In this document: positions 37,392 to 47,018 of the stretch, piece after piece
Position numbering within the stretch: position 1 is the stretch's first letter
How the letters are laid out: each line of letters opens with the position of its first letter
Notes under the pieces: generated by a model
The model's input: only the letters and a program-made list of their open reading frames with translations
What the model was told of the DNA's origin: nothing
Database searches by the model: none
From: a virus
Reading direction: 5' to 3' (one strand)
IMG/VR virus record: IMGVR_UViG_3300017818_000007
Location: 1 to 64,000 of that record
DNA: 64,000 nucleotides
Made by a program: the position numbers and the translations under genes

Positions 37392-39496
37392 TATGGAACA
37401 AGGGTAATGCCGCTTGGTGACACTCCTCTACTTGCTCCCGGACCTTTTGCCGCAGTTTGAAGAGCCTTCCAAACAGCAGAAACATCGTCAACTTCTTTTC
37501 CAACATTTTTAAGAAGATTAATAACTTCTCTATTTTTTGGATCTAAAAATAGTGATTCGCCAGTTTTTAAGTTTTTAACAACAACTTGTCCTACATTATT
37601 TAAATCTACCATTAACTCAGATCCTTTAACAGCCTTGTGTGCTTCTGCCGCTTTTGCAGTAAGTTTTTTAACTTCTGCAAGGATTTCAGCACTTGTTTTT
37701 TCTGTTGCTTGTGTTGCTTGAGCAAGTTTTTTTGAATTAACAAGTTCGTCAACAATACCTTTTCCTAAGTCTTGCATTTCTTTTGCTTTTTTTGCTTTAG
37801 CCGATAATGCAAGTTTAGAACCAATTTTTATGCCTCCGCCGCCAACAAAAGTTAACCCAACAAAGAAGTAGAAACTATTAAGTTCACTTTCCATTGCTGG
37901 ATCCGGACCGTCGCCATTATCTTGTGTAAATTGACACCAACCTGGTTTAAAGTATTTGTTTTGTTTATAGAATGCACCGCATTGTGCAGATGATTCTCTA
38001 GTGCCACTAAGTCCAAATGGAATAGCATCAACAAAAATGCTAAAGTCGTTTCCGGCTTGTTCGTACATATTAATTGCTTGATCAACTGTAAGATATACGC
38101 CGCCGACAAATAATAAAGCGCCAAGGACAAACCAGATCCACTCGGTTAAAATTTCTTCTTCAGTTAAGGTTTCTAGATATTGTTTGTCGTAGCCTGACTC
38201 AATTAAATTTTTTTTTTGGTCTGCTGTTGACAGTGTTAAACTTTCATTTATGAACGAAATGTAGTCGCTCCTGAGTGCTTCTTCAATATCTTCAAGTGGG
38301 TTATCTCCCTGCTTTGAAAACTTGCGAGGCAATTTCTTAAGTTCTGTCTTACCGTATTCATCTTCTAATTCTTCGTCTGAATACTTTTCGCCTTCTTTCT
38401 CATTGCCCATTGAGTTAGCATAACCTTCTTGTTGTGCAGGATCTTTAACACGTAAGTCTTGTGGATGCTTACTGCCGTTTAGTCCATTAAGTCCTGCTAG
38501 TCTAGTAATGTCTTCAACATCACTGTACTGTTCGTTAGGCTGATTTTCGTATTCTGCTTCTTCTGTGTCTCCACAACCGCAGTTGCCGTTAATGTTGTCA
38601 TCACCTTTCATAGTCATGTCAGGTGCATCATCTTGTGGCATCATGTCTTGGCTTACTGGTTTCATTCCAGCAAGTTGCATAATTCTTTGTAGTGCTGGTA
38701 AGTCTTCTGGACTATCAGCAGTAATAGTAATTGCTTCGTTTACTGATTCTTTCATTGCTTTGTTTTTAGCATAGCAATCGCAGTGTTCACAATCTGGACC
38801 GCATTTACATTCTGTGACTGGCTTACCGCAACAAGCCTTTGGACACATCTCAACGCCTTCTTTAACAGGTCCTTTTTTCTTTTTATCTTTAAGTGCCTTT
38901 TTCATAGGCTCTTTTTTGTCGCCATCTTTATCAAAGTCTAAGTAATCTGGTTTTGCTTTCTTACCTTCTTCAACCGACTCGTGTTCAATGCTTTCAAAGT
39001 TCCCTTGATTTAAGTTCCACTTCAAATACTCTTGTGCATTATTGAACTTAATCTTTTGTCCATTAATGTTCATCTCTTGAGGAAATGGAATTGTTTGATT
39101 TTTTCCTGTTGGAGTTTTAAATGTAATGCGTTTTAAATCATCAGCAATGTCTACAATCTCTCCACTGCCGAACACCTTTTTACCAATAAGTTTAGCAAAT
39201 CTGCTAGTAGGTGCTTGTGCCTTCTGTGCGTTAGGGTTAGGTTGTACTGGCTTACCTGGTGTTGTTTGTGTTTGTGGTGTTGTTTGTGTGCGTGTATTGA
39301 CAGTAGCCGCATCTAATTCATCAAATGCACCCGCCGCTCTTGCTCTCATTGCATCCGCTTGTTGTTTAGTTAGCGGTGCTTCATTAACACTACCGTTCAT
39401 GCGTGTTGTATTATCGATTGCATCCACTACGTTAGGATTCTTTGCATCTAGTTCACGTAATCTTTTTAATACATCATGCATTTCAAATGTTGCCAT
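37391..39496 (-). CDS. 701-aa modular protein, probable processed internal/ejection protein
   Basis: Low-complexity linkers, Cys-rich module, DFDKDGD motif, two hydrophobic segments, repeated (V/I/L)xE sites. Confidence 0.65.
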   Translation of the reverse strand: MATFEMHDVLKRLRELDAKNPNVVDAIDNTTRMNGSVNEAPLTKQQADAMRARAAGAFDELDAATVNTRTQTTPQTQTTPGKPVQPNPNAQKAQAPTSRFAKLIGKKVFGSGEIVDIADDLKRITFKTPTGKNQTIPFPQEMNINGQKIKFNNAQEYLKWNLNQGNFESIEHESVEEGKKAKPDYLDFDKDGDKKEPMKKALKDKKKKGPVKEGVEMCPKACCGKPVTECKCGPDCEHCDCYAKNKAMKESVNEAITITADSPEDLPALQRIMQLAGMKPVSQDMMPQDDAPDMTMKGDDNINGNCGCGDTEEAEYENQPNEQYSDVEDITRLAGLNGLNGSKHPQDLRVKDPAQQEGYANSMGNEKEGEKYSDEELEDEYGKTELKKLPRKFSKQGDNPLEDIEEALRSDYISFINESLTLSTADQKKNLIESGYDKQYLETLTEEEILTEWIWFVLGALLFVGGVYLTVDQAINMYEQAGNDFSIFVDAIPFGLSGTRESSAQCGAFYKQNKYFKPGWCQFTQDNGDGPDPAMESELNSFYFFVGLTFVGGGGIKIGSKLALSAKAKKAKEMQDLGKGIVDELVNSKKLAQATQATEKTSAEILAEVKKLTAKAAEAHKAVKGSELMVDLNNVGQVVVKNLKTGESLFLDPKNREVINLLKNVGKEVDDVSAVWKALQTAAKGPGASRGVSPSGITLVP

Positions 39497-39498
39497 AA

Positions 39499-39993
39499 TT
39501 ATTCCCCTGATTGTCTTTCTTTTGCTTCTTTAGCAAGACTTTGTAAAAACGTTTCTTTACCTTTTTCTGTGACAACTAACTCATCTTTATTAACATCAGG
39601 TGCATCTTTGTATTCTGGATCACCAAGTTTTGCTTCGTATGGCTTATTGTCTGATTCTTTTTGCATTTCCTCATAGTCTTCACCTGGCTTACGAACTCTT
39701 AAGTTCTCAACACTTACATTACAGAAATTTGCAATGTAATGTCTTAGGTGATCCTGTGTTGTAGGATAGTTTAAAGTAGTTTCATAAACTGTGACTTCTG
39801 AGTTTGGATTTTGTGGAAAGTCTAAAGGTAAACTTTGAATAGGAGTTTTTTTACCTGAAGATAGATTAGCAATTTCAAACTTTTTAAGTGCAGTTTCTAA
39901 ACGGTCGTCAAACCCTTCAGGTAATTCGCCCGCCAGTTTAATAACAAAATCGTATTGTTTTGATGCTTCTGCAAGATACTTTTTAAAATCCAT
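39499..39993 (-). CDS. Hypothetical protein with CTS-like N-terminus (MDFKKYLAE-A)
   Basis: ORF with SD and upstream TAAATA. Confidence 0.7.
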   Translation of the reverse strand: MDFKKYLAEASKQYDFVIKLAGELPEGFDDRLETALKKFEIANLSSGKKTPIQSLPLDFPQNPNSEVTVYETTLNYPTTQDHLRHYIANFCNVSVENLRVRKPGEDYEEMQKESDNKPYEAKLGDPEYKDAPDVNKDELVVTEKGKETFLQSLAKEAKERQSGE

Positions 39994-40014
39994 GTTAACT
40001 CCTAATATATACAG

Positions 40015-40506
40015 TTATTTATCTTCTTTCTTATTTAAAATCTCTTCTATGAGCGAGTTGCGATCTATGATAATGCCCTCACTATCAACAGTATTAGCGC
40101 CATCGCCCATTTTTTGGTCTAATGATTGCTTTTTAAGTTGTAATTCAATCATTTTTAACTTTTTATCCATTTTTTGGCTCTTAGCATCAATAGCATTTTT
40201 AAGCATAGTACCTGCTACTTCAAAAATACGTCCTGCATAGCGGCTTTCTACATTCATACCCAGATCCATTAGATCTTCATATGTAGTTTTGGCTTTATCT
40301 GCTAGTTCATCTAGTTCTTTATCTGCTAATTCACCAAGTCCTTTAACCATAGGAAGTGCCGCCGATATTTTATCAAACTCTGCAATGCTACGTTCCATTT
40401 GTTTGGTTTGTTTAATTGTATTAACGTCTGGAGCAGGTTCTTCAACTTGTTCCATTGTTTCTTTAACTTCTGGAAGTTCTAACAACTCTTCTAGTTTCTT
40501 TGTCAT
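40015..40506 (-). CDS. terS: Probable terminase small subunit (T4 gp16-like)
   Basis: Helical; RIFEVAGTMLK resembles the RAYEVAGQLIK motif of gp16-like proteins; near terL. Confidence 0.55.
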   Translation of the reverse strand: MTKKLEELLELPEVKETMEQVEEPAPDVNTIKQTKQMERSIAEFDKISAALPMVKGLGELADKELDELADKAKTTYEDLMDLGMNVESRYAGRIFEVAGTMLKNAIDAKSQKMDKKLKMIELQLKKQSLDQKMGDGANTVDSEGIIIDRNSLIEEILNKKEDK

Positions 40507-40514
40507 ACTATTAC

Positions 40515-40955
40515 TTACCTTCTTTTGCCTTGGTGGAATAAATCTTTTTCTGTCACAATCCTAAAAAACACGCCATTTTGTTTAGCATACTTTGCCGCGG
40601 CTTCCCATTTTGCTTTATTTTTAATAAACTGTGCTTGATTATATGTATTCTTACCAACACTTTCACGTACAGTTTGATTCTCTGGTTTTATTTCAATTAT
40701 TTCTGCTTTTGTTTTTCCTTTTTTATTAGCATACACAATAAAAAAGTCTGGAACATAAATTGTATACTTTCCTGTAAGAGGATCTCTATAAGGTATCTTT
40801 ATACTTTCACTTGCCCATTTTGCAATAGCAGGATGTTCGTCACACATTTTCATAAAGTGCCATTCCCAACTACTGCGGTACATTGGTGTTTTTATCCCAA
40901 CATACTTGTCGGGATTTTTCATTTCAAATCTGCCTTGAGCAAACTTTAAGGCCAT
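40515..40955 (-). CDS. Head completion nuclease (T4 gp4 / TnsA-like)
   Basis: NP.KY.G, YRSSWE, WASE...IPY, Y.PDF, EIKP, N.AKW.AA, F...TE. Confidence 0.88.
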   Translation of the reverse strand: MALKFAQGRFEMKNPDKYVGIKTPMYRSSWEWHFMKMCDEHPAIAKWASESIKIPYRDPLTGKYTIYVPDFFIVYANKKGKTKAEIIEIKPENQTVRESVGKNTYNQAQFIKNKAKWEAAAKYAKQNGVFFRIVTEKDLFHQGKRR

Positions 40956-40957
40956 AA

Positions 40958-41338
40958 CTACTCACCACTATCAATGATGTTTCTTTTTGCACTGTTCCAA
41001 ACACTTACTCGTGCAGTACCTAATGTGCTAGACTTTGGCCTATTAATATTTAAAATTTCTCCTAAGAGATCAGTTAATTCCATATTAGGTGTTTGTCTAA
41101 TTTCTTCATAAACTACCATTGGATCAAGTTCATCAATATTACACTGTGTTAAGATAATGTTTGTTGTTTCTTTTGCAGTTTCTTCGCCCATACCTTTTGA
41201 TTTTAAAATATTAACAAACGCGGCAACATCTGATGTTTTTAAATTAATTTGCTGTCTATTAAAATTATTAAAAAAGTCAGTTGTTGTATCTGCACTATTG
41301 GCTGAAACATTATTAGTGTAAATATTTTCTGTTCCCAT
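40958..41338 (-). CDS. Hypothetical virion-associated protein
   Basis: ORF inside the structural operon. Confidence 0.65.
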   Translation of the reverse strand: MGTENIYTNNVSANSADTTTDFFNNFNRQQINLKTSDVAAFVNILKSKGMGEETAKETTNIILTQCNIDELDPMVVYEEIRQTPNMELTDLLGEILNINRPKSSTLGTARVSVWNSAKRNIIDSGE

Positions 41339-41347
41339 AATTTATTC

Positions 41348-42484
41348 CTATTTTACAGATTCTGTACTTGCAGTAGACGAACTGTTATTTGTACCTGCGT
41401 TATTATTTAATTGTCCGGGTTGAGTTCCTGAAGGATTACCGGCTTCTGCTTTAGTACGTTTTGCTTGATCAAACTTGTCAGCACCTTTTTGATCTAAAGT
41501 TTGTCTTGCAGTATTAGTTAAACTTTGTTCAGTAATAGCAGTGACTTCTCTTTTGATGCCTTCTTTAGTTAAATTTTTAGCATTGTCAATAGTATTTTTT
41601 GCTTTAATAGCAGTACCAATAAAAGCAAAAGGATCAGCGAATGCAGAACCATCTGAGATACTACCAAAAACATCTAAGCCGCCAGCAAGTACTCCATTAG
41701 CACCAAACAGTCCTCCACTACCTCCGCCCATTACACTTAATGGACTTGGTGTTCTATCATAATGCAGTGTTGCAAATCCTGTAGGATTATCTGTTGTAAT
41801 TCTACCTGTTGCATATTTTACACCTTCATAGATCACAGTCATTTGATTTTCTGCAGGCTGTGAACTTCCAGCACTCATGCTTGGTGGATCCCAACTTTGT
41901 ATCATTGGATTAATTAATGTAAATTCAAAAAATCTATGTCTACTTAATTGATAAATGCTTACACCTTCGTTTTGGAAAAAGTTTACATTTCTATCACTGT
42001 TTAAACCAAACTTAACATATTGTTCTGAATTTTGATAAGGTGTTTGCTTATAAAGTTCCTGCCAATATAAACTGTCGTTGTAGTTTGCTTTAAAATACTG
42101 TTGCCAAAATGCACTTGTTAATCCGTCATTATCATCATGAAAGTTAATTGTGACTGGTGCATATGTGACTGCTGTTTGATAATTTGTTTTTTTACCGTAT
42201 TGATTTTTTGTATCTGTTTGTACCTGTATTCCCGGAAGTTTTACATCTTTAACTAGCATACCACATTCAATTTGTGGACTTGCTTTATTAAAAATACCGT
42301 CAGGTGATCTTAGTGCCGCATTTTGTATATTAAATGTGACATGATATAAAAATTGTACTTTTGGTGCAAGACGCATATAGTCGTCAGTGAACAAACGAGC
42401 CGCGTGTTGATAATCACGCATATCGCCTTCACTACCAAAAATACCTCCGAAAACATTTCCTAAAAATTTTGTTAACTTGGCCAT
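41348..42484 (-). CDS. Tail tube initiator / baseplate protein (gp54/gp48-like)
   Basis: Tube-like motif LVKDVKLPG......NQYG......Y.PV.I.FHDD; downstream of the tail tube gene. Confidence 0.6.
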   Translation of the reverse strand: MAKLTKFLGNVFGGIFGSEGDMRDYQHAARLFTDDYMRLAPKVQFLYHVTFNIQNAALRSPDGIFNKASPQIECGMLVKDVKLPGIQVQTDTKNQYGKKTNYQTAVTYAPVTINFHDDNDGLTSAFWQQYFKANYNDSLYWQELYKQTPYQNSEQYVKFGLNSDRNVNFFQNEGVSIYQLSRHRFFEFTLINPMIQSWDPPSMSAGSSQPAENQMTVIYEGVKYATGRITTDNPTGFATLHYDRTPSPLSVMGGGSGGLFGANGVLAGGLDVFGSISDGSAFADPFAFIGTAIKAKNTIDNAKNLTKEGIKREVTAITEQSLTNTARQTLDQKGADKFDQAKRTKAEAGNPSGTQPGQLNNNAGTNNSSSTASTESVK

Positions 42485-42500
42485 ACTATTATTTAGTCGT

Positions 42501-42535
42501 AAAAAAAGGCCGGCGATTTTTACGTCACCGACCTT
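42501..42535 (-). terminator. Rho-independent terminator after the tail tube gene
   Basis: Minus strand AAGGTCGGTGA-CGTAAAAA-TCGCCGGCCTT then T run; the two non-Watson-Crick pairs are U-G only in this orientation. Confidence 0.75.
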
Positions 42536-42553
42536 AAATTTTAATTATAGTTA

Positions 42554-43180
42554 TTAACCAGTTGCTAAAGTTCTAATTGTTCTGCCAATTGCGCCGCCTA
42601 AGCCGCTTGGTTGACCAGCACCATTAGTTTGGATAGCATTATCATACTGAATCTGTAGTTGAATATCAACTGGATTTGAATCACTGTATGCTAATTGGTT
42701 GTAGTTAATGTCTTGTACAAAGCAACCTACTAACTCGAAGGTTTCTAATACGCTAGGAGCATTCGCGCCATTACCACCATCAAGTATTTCGATTCTACCT
42801 TTAAATTTGTAATCAACACCACTTGCCGCACTTGACTGTTCGAAGAAGTCGAACTGCTTCTGTAGTTGCTCACCACACAGTTTGTTAACTGAGTTGTTCA
42901 CATCGTCACGTAGTGTAATTGTAATTGGTTGCCATGTATGTTTACCTGCGTAAAACACTTTTGAGTTGTATACGTCAATTGCAACAGACTCAAAGTTTAC
43001 GTTAGGTCTTGTGACATCAATTACCTGCTTTGTTAATTCTACTGTTGGACTTCCAGCACCAAAGTTTTCAAGTGATACTCTAAAGCGATACTTTAGTTTT
43101 GGCATCAACAAGCCTTGTGTACTTGCTGATTGGTCACTTGCTAATGGAACTGTAAATCTACTTAAACTTGAAATTGCCAT
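42554..43180 (-). CDS. Tail tube protein (T4 gp19 family)
   Basis: KYRFRV, GKHTW..I.I..RDD, IEILDG, L.GCF....Y..L.Y; follows the sheath gene. Confidence 0.85.
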   Translation of the reverse strand: MAISSLSRFTVPLASDQSASTQGLLMPKLKYRFRVSLENFGAGSPTVELTKQVIDVTRPNVNFESVAIDVYNSKVFYAGKHTWQPITITLRDDVNNSVNKLCGEQLQKQFDFFEQSSAASGVDYKFKGRIEILDGGNGANAPSVLETFELVGCFVQDINYNQLAYSDSNPVDIQLQIQYDNAIQTNGAGQPSGLGGAIGRTIRTLATG

Positions 43181-43214
43181 TATCTTGCTCCTTTTACAGT
43201 TTTATTTATCTTCA

Positions 43215-46200
43215 TTATTGAGCCCCCAAAGTTGCAATTTCACCTGTGTTCTTAAGTCTTAGTGGAATGTAAATAAACTCCACAGCCTTAACTGGTTCAA
43301 TCGCTACATCTAAGTATAACTCGTTTCTATCAATTCTTGATGGAGTGTTGTTTGTTTCATCACAAACAACTAAGAAGTCATACAGTGCTCTTTGACCTAC
43401 TAGTTCAAGTAATAAACTTTCAGCCGCTTGTTTGATCTCATCACGTGTAATTTTATCGTTTGGTTCAAACAAGAACGGTTTAGCAAGTAGATTTAATTGA
43501 CGTCTTAAATATGCAGTTAAACGTGCTACGTTAATTCTATCTAACGCACTTGCATTTCTCGCTCTAGTCACCTGACCAAAGTTAACAATACCACTTCCTG
43601 TGATAAACGTAATTGGATTCATTTTAGCACTTTGCATTGTATCTCTAACACCGTCGTTTAGTGATACTGGAGTAAACTCGCTTTCGCTGTTAATGTATCC
43701 AACACTTGATGCATTGCTAATACCACCGCGTCTTGTTCCTGCTGGTGCAAACCATGGGAACGATACCTGATCGCTAAGTGCAATAGTACGTAGCATCATG
43801 TGACTTGGTGGAACAACAATGTTGTTTCCATTTAGGTCTGTTGTGAATCCTGATGGATAAAATGTTGCCATATATTCATCGAATGTTAAGAACCCGTCTT
43901 CACCGTCTGCTAGTGCGTTTGCTGAGTTATTACCCCATGCTTGTAATTCTGTTGCACTTGCTTTCAATCTAAACGGAGTATCTGCTACTACAAAGCCTGT
44001 GATACCTCTGTCAATGTTTAGTGATACTAGATTGCTTGTTAACTCTGGATAACCAGGAGCCGATAGCAATGTGTATGCTCTAGTTTCTTCATCTCTAATA
44101 TCGTCATTAGTATCAACAATAGACTTCATTGCCGCGACCACTGTCTTACGTTGTGCTTTTCTACCAAATAAGCCTGAACCATCTTCAGCAGTTGTGTTCC
44201 AGCCTACCCATCTATTAACTTTATAAGATGCCATTGACTCTTCAGATCCACCATTAAATGTTGAACCTGTACCTTCAAATCTCTTATTCTTACCAGAGTT
44301 TTCATTGATGTCAATGTGTGTAGTTCTAAAGATTTTAACGTTATTTCCAGAACGTCTTGTGTTCCATAGCAACATACCTCTTGGGTAAAGTGCTGGGTCT
44401 GGAGCATCAGGATCTAAGTAATCTGAAGTTAACATATCTGTAATGTCTGCTTTAGTATCACCTGTTGCACCTGTTTTACCAAAACGTGCATCTGCAAATA
44501 AAATACCATCTTCTGATGTTTGATCAGTTGTGTCAACTGCCACCCATTCTAGATTTAAGCCATCGTACTTGTAAATTTTCTGACCATATGTTTCAGTATC
44601 GCCTGTGTCAATCCAAAGATCACCGTTTACTAATGAAGTACCATCACTTTGTTGTGTTGGCTCAGTAGCACTAATGATTGGACCTTCAGGATCTGATTCA
44701 CTGTAAACATTAATGTAGCCTCTCCAAGTTGTTCCATTGTGTACCATAATGTCAACTTCATCTAAGTTTGTGTTGTACCATAATGTACCATCTTCTGGAT
44801 CACTTGTTGGAGCACCAGCACTTGCTTCATATGATAATGGTTTCCAGTTAGAAATTACAAAATCATCTGAACTTTCAGAGCCAGCGTCGTAAACATTATC
44901 TAGTGAAGAACTAACACCAATCTGTGCAAGTGGTGTACCGCTACCATCTTTTAGTCTAATTTCTCCGCCTAGTGTATGTGAAATTTTAGCCTTACCATCT
45001 GCTGTCACAGTAGCAGTCACGTTAGTTAAACCTGCTGAACTAATTGCTTCAACAAATGAATCAATATCTGTTCCTGTGAAACTTACACCTGAACTTGTAA
45101 ATGTGTCCGAGTTTGCAGTTGTTTCGCTAATTGTAAATGTTTTAGTACCTGCACCAATAGTTGGATTAGCAGTTCCTGTTGTTGCACTTGTAGGACTAGG
45201 AACTAGTCTTCTGTACAATTTAAAGTCTGCTAAAGGTTTAGTATCTTCTGTTGTGTTCGCTAAAACAAAAACTGTTCCTGTTGGAATATTTTGACCACCT
45301 TCTGAATCAAGTGCTTTAATTGCTTCTGCTCTTGTGTTATAGATTGGTGCTTCAACAGTTGAGAACAAACCAGTTCCTGAACTGTATAATTTAACTTTCC
45401 AACTTGCACCTACGTTAGGCTCAGTTGTTTTAATGTAAAGTGAACCTGTAGGTCTTAAACCACTGTATGAAGAACCTGCAATTTCAACTCTGTCAGTTGC
45501 TCTCCATAATGGAACTGAACTGTGTGCTGAAATTTGTACTTCAGGTGAGTGATAATAACCAGCATCAATACCTAAGTCAGTTAAAATTGTGCCTGACCCC
45601 TCTTCAATTAAAATTGCACCGTCAGTTGTTGTACCGTCTGTGCTTGAAGTTCCGTCTGAGTAGATTTTAACTCTATCATTAGAATCAAGTTTAGCACCAA
45701 CACCTGGAATACTAGCATCATTAATTGCTTGTACAAATGTTGCTGGTGTTGCACCTGCATTGTTAACTTGTGTATTGTTAATAATAACGTTTGTGCTACC
45801 TAATGCACTTGGTGTTAGTGTAGCAGTAATTGTTGGCCAACTTGTTTTCCAAGTTGTTGAAGTCCAAGTTGTTGCAGTATCAAAACCAACAGCATCAAAT
45901 GCTGATTCATCGTATGTTCCTGCTTGTACCCAAACATTGTCCTCATTTTTGTACCAAATTTTATTTTCTGTGTTCCATACAACAACAGCATAATCACCAA
46001 TAGCACCTACGCTACCTTTAATGCCTGTGTATGTTGCTCCGCTTACACCTGTTAGATCTGATGAAGAACTAATAACAGTTGGTGTTTTGTTAGCAAAAGT
46101 TTGTGTTGAACCATTCCACTGGAAAAGTCCGTATAATGTATCGTCTGTGTCAAACCAGTATGTACCGTCTGCTGGTGCACCTGCAGGAGCATCTGTATCT

Positions 46201-46562
46201 CCTTCTAGTTGACCTAGGTCTACATCCGCTCTTACTACATACGCTCTGTTAGCCACTCCAAGATATGAATAAGCCGCTTGTAAACCATACTCGTTTAATT
46301 CATTTCCGTGTAGTGGGTTATTAGATGAGTCTGTGTAGAAAGTCGGATTACCAAAAGTTTCTGTCAACTCTCTTTGACTTGTAATTAGGTATACTTTGTT
46401 CTTGTTGGCCGCAGTAGTGCCTGCCGCAGTTCCTGTTCCTGTGCCAGATGGTTTGCTTTCAGCAGTTGCGACAACAATTAAAGGTGTTGTTGCACCGGCG
46501 GCAGGGGTATAGAAACTTTCGTCAATTACACTTACTTCAACGCCTGGTGATGATAGTGCCAT
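43215..46562 (-). CDS. Tail sheath protein (T4 gp18 family) with large internal insertion
   Basis: SPGVEV..IDES N-terminus; C-terminal PWFAPAG.RRG, DRINV.RL, LFEPND..TR, DRNEL..D.AIEP.KA.EFIY. Confidence 0.93.
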   Translation of the reverse strand: MALSSPGVEVSVIDESFYTPAAGATTPLIVVATAESKPSGTGTGTAAGTTAANKNKVYLITSQRELTETFGNPTFYTDSSNNPLHGNELNEYGLQAAYSYLGVANRAYVVRADVDLGQLEGDTDAPAGAPADGTYWFDTDDTLYGLFQWNGSTQTFANKTPTVISSSSDLTGVSGATYTGIKGSVGAIGDYAVVVWNTENKIWYKNEDNVWVQAGTYDESAFDAVGFDTATTWTSTTWKTSWPTITATLTPSALGSTNVIINNTQVNNAGATPATFVQAINDASIPGVGAKLDSNDRVKIYSDGTSSTDGTTTDGAILIEEGSGTILTDLGIDAGYYHSPEVQISAHSSVPLWRATDRVEIAGSSYSGLRPTGSLYIKTTEPNVGASWKVKLYSSGTGLFSTVEAPIYNTRAEAIKALDSEGGQNIPTGTVFVLANTTEDTKPLADFKLYRRLVPSPTSATTGTANPTIGAGTKTFTISETTANSDTFTSSGVSFTGTDIDSFVEAISSAGLTNVTATVTADGKAKISHTLGGEIRLKDGSGTPLAQIGVSSSLDNVYDAGSESSDDFVISNWKPLSYEASAGAPTSDPEDGTLWYNTNLDEVDIMVHNGTTWRGYINVYSESDPEGPIISATEPTQQSDGTSLVNGDLWIDTGDTETYGQKIYKYDGLNLEWVAVDTTDQTSEDGILFADARFGKTGATGDTKADITDMLTSDYLDPDAPDPALYPRGMLLWNTRRSGNNVKIFRTTHIDINENSGKNKRFEGTGSTFNGGSEESMASYKVNRWVGWNTTAEDGSGLFGRKAQRKTVVAAMKSIVDTNDDIRDEETRAYTLLSAPGYPELTSNLVSLNIDRGITGFVVADTPFRLKASATELQAWGNNSANALADGEDGFLTFDEYMATFYPSGFTTDLNGNNIVVPPSHMMLRTIALSDQVSFPWFAPAGTRRGGISNASSVGYINSESEFTPVSLNDGVRDTMQSAKMNPITFITGSGIVNFGQVTRARNASALDRINVARLTAYLRRQLNLLAKPFLFEPNDKITRDEIKQAAESLLLELVGQRALYDFLVVCDETNNTPSRIDRNELYLDVAIEPVKAVEFIYIPLRLKNTGEIATLGAQ

Positions 46563-46679
46563 GTTCTATTCTCCTTGTATGGTTTAATTCTATATCTAAA
46601 TGTATTTATGTATTTGTAGGAAAAAGTACGCTAATAATCACTATCAAAAGGGGTAAAAAAGGGCGTGTTAAATACAGTT

Positions 46680-47018
46680 ATGAGTAGACCTTTATGTAAA
46701 CAATGCCGGAAACGTCCTGTTGCTATTAACTACTACAAGGGCAAAAAAGCATACTATAGAAGCAAGTGTGACCACTGTGCTAGTGGTAGGGCATCAGGTA
46801 TACCACTTTGGAAACAAGCAGGGTATGAACAAAAAGAAAAATGTGATAAGTGCGGGTTTACTAGTAAGCACAAAGAACAGTTTAACGTGTATCATATAGA
46901 TGGAAACTTATCCAACTGTAGACACAGTAATTTAAAAACTATATGTGCTAATTGTCAAAGATTATTGCAAATGCAGGGTGCTATTTGGAAACAGGGAGAC
47001 CTAACACCTGATTTCTAA
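46680..47018 (+). CDS. HNH-type zinc-finger endonuclease-like protein
   Basis: CxxC pairs and VYHIDGN..N....NL.T.CANC; start at ATG 46680 (TAAATA-N5-ATG). Confidence 0.75.
   Translation: MSRPLCKQCRKRPVAINYYKGKKAYYRSKCDHCASGRASGIPLWKQAGYEQKEKCDKCGFTSKHKEQFNVYHIDGNLSNCRHSNLKTICANCQRLLQMQGAIWKQGDLTPDF

Noticed and set aside
40515-40955. TnsA-like nuclease suggesting a Tn7-type transposon
   Set aside because: Motifs and position in the head/tail operon fit the T4 gp4 head-completion nuclease; no TnsB/TnsC or terminal repeats seen.
46680-47018. HNH protein as a mobile homing endonuclease or intron ORF
   Set aside because: It is a short free-standing gene with its own late promoter; flanking genes are intact and no intron structure is visible.
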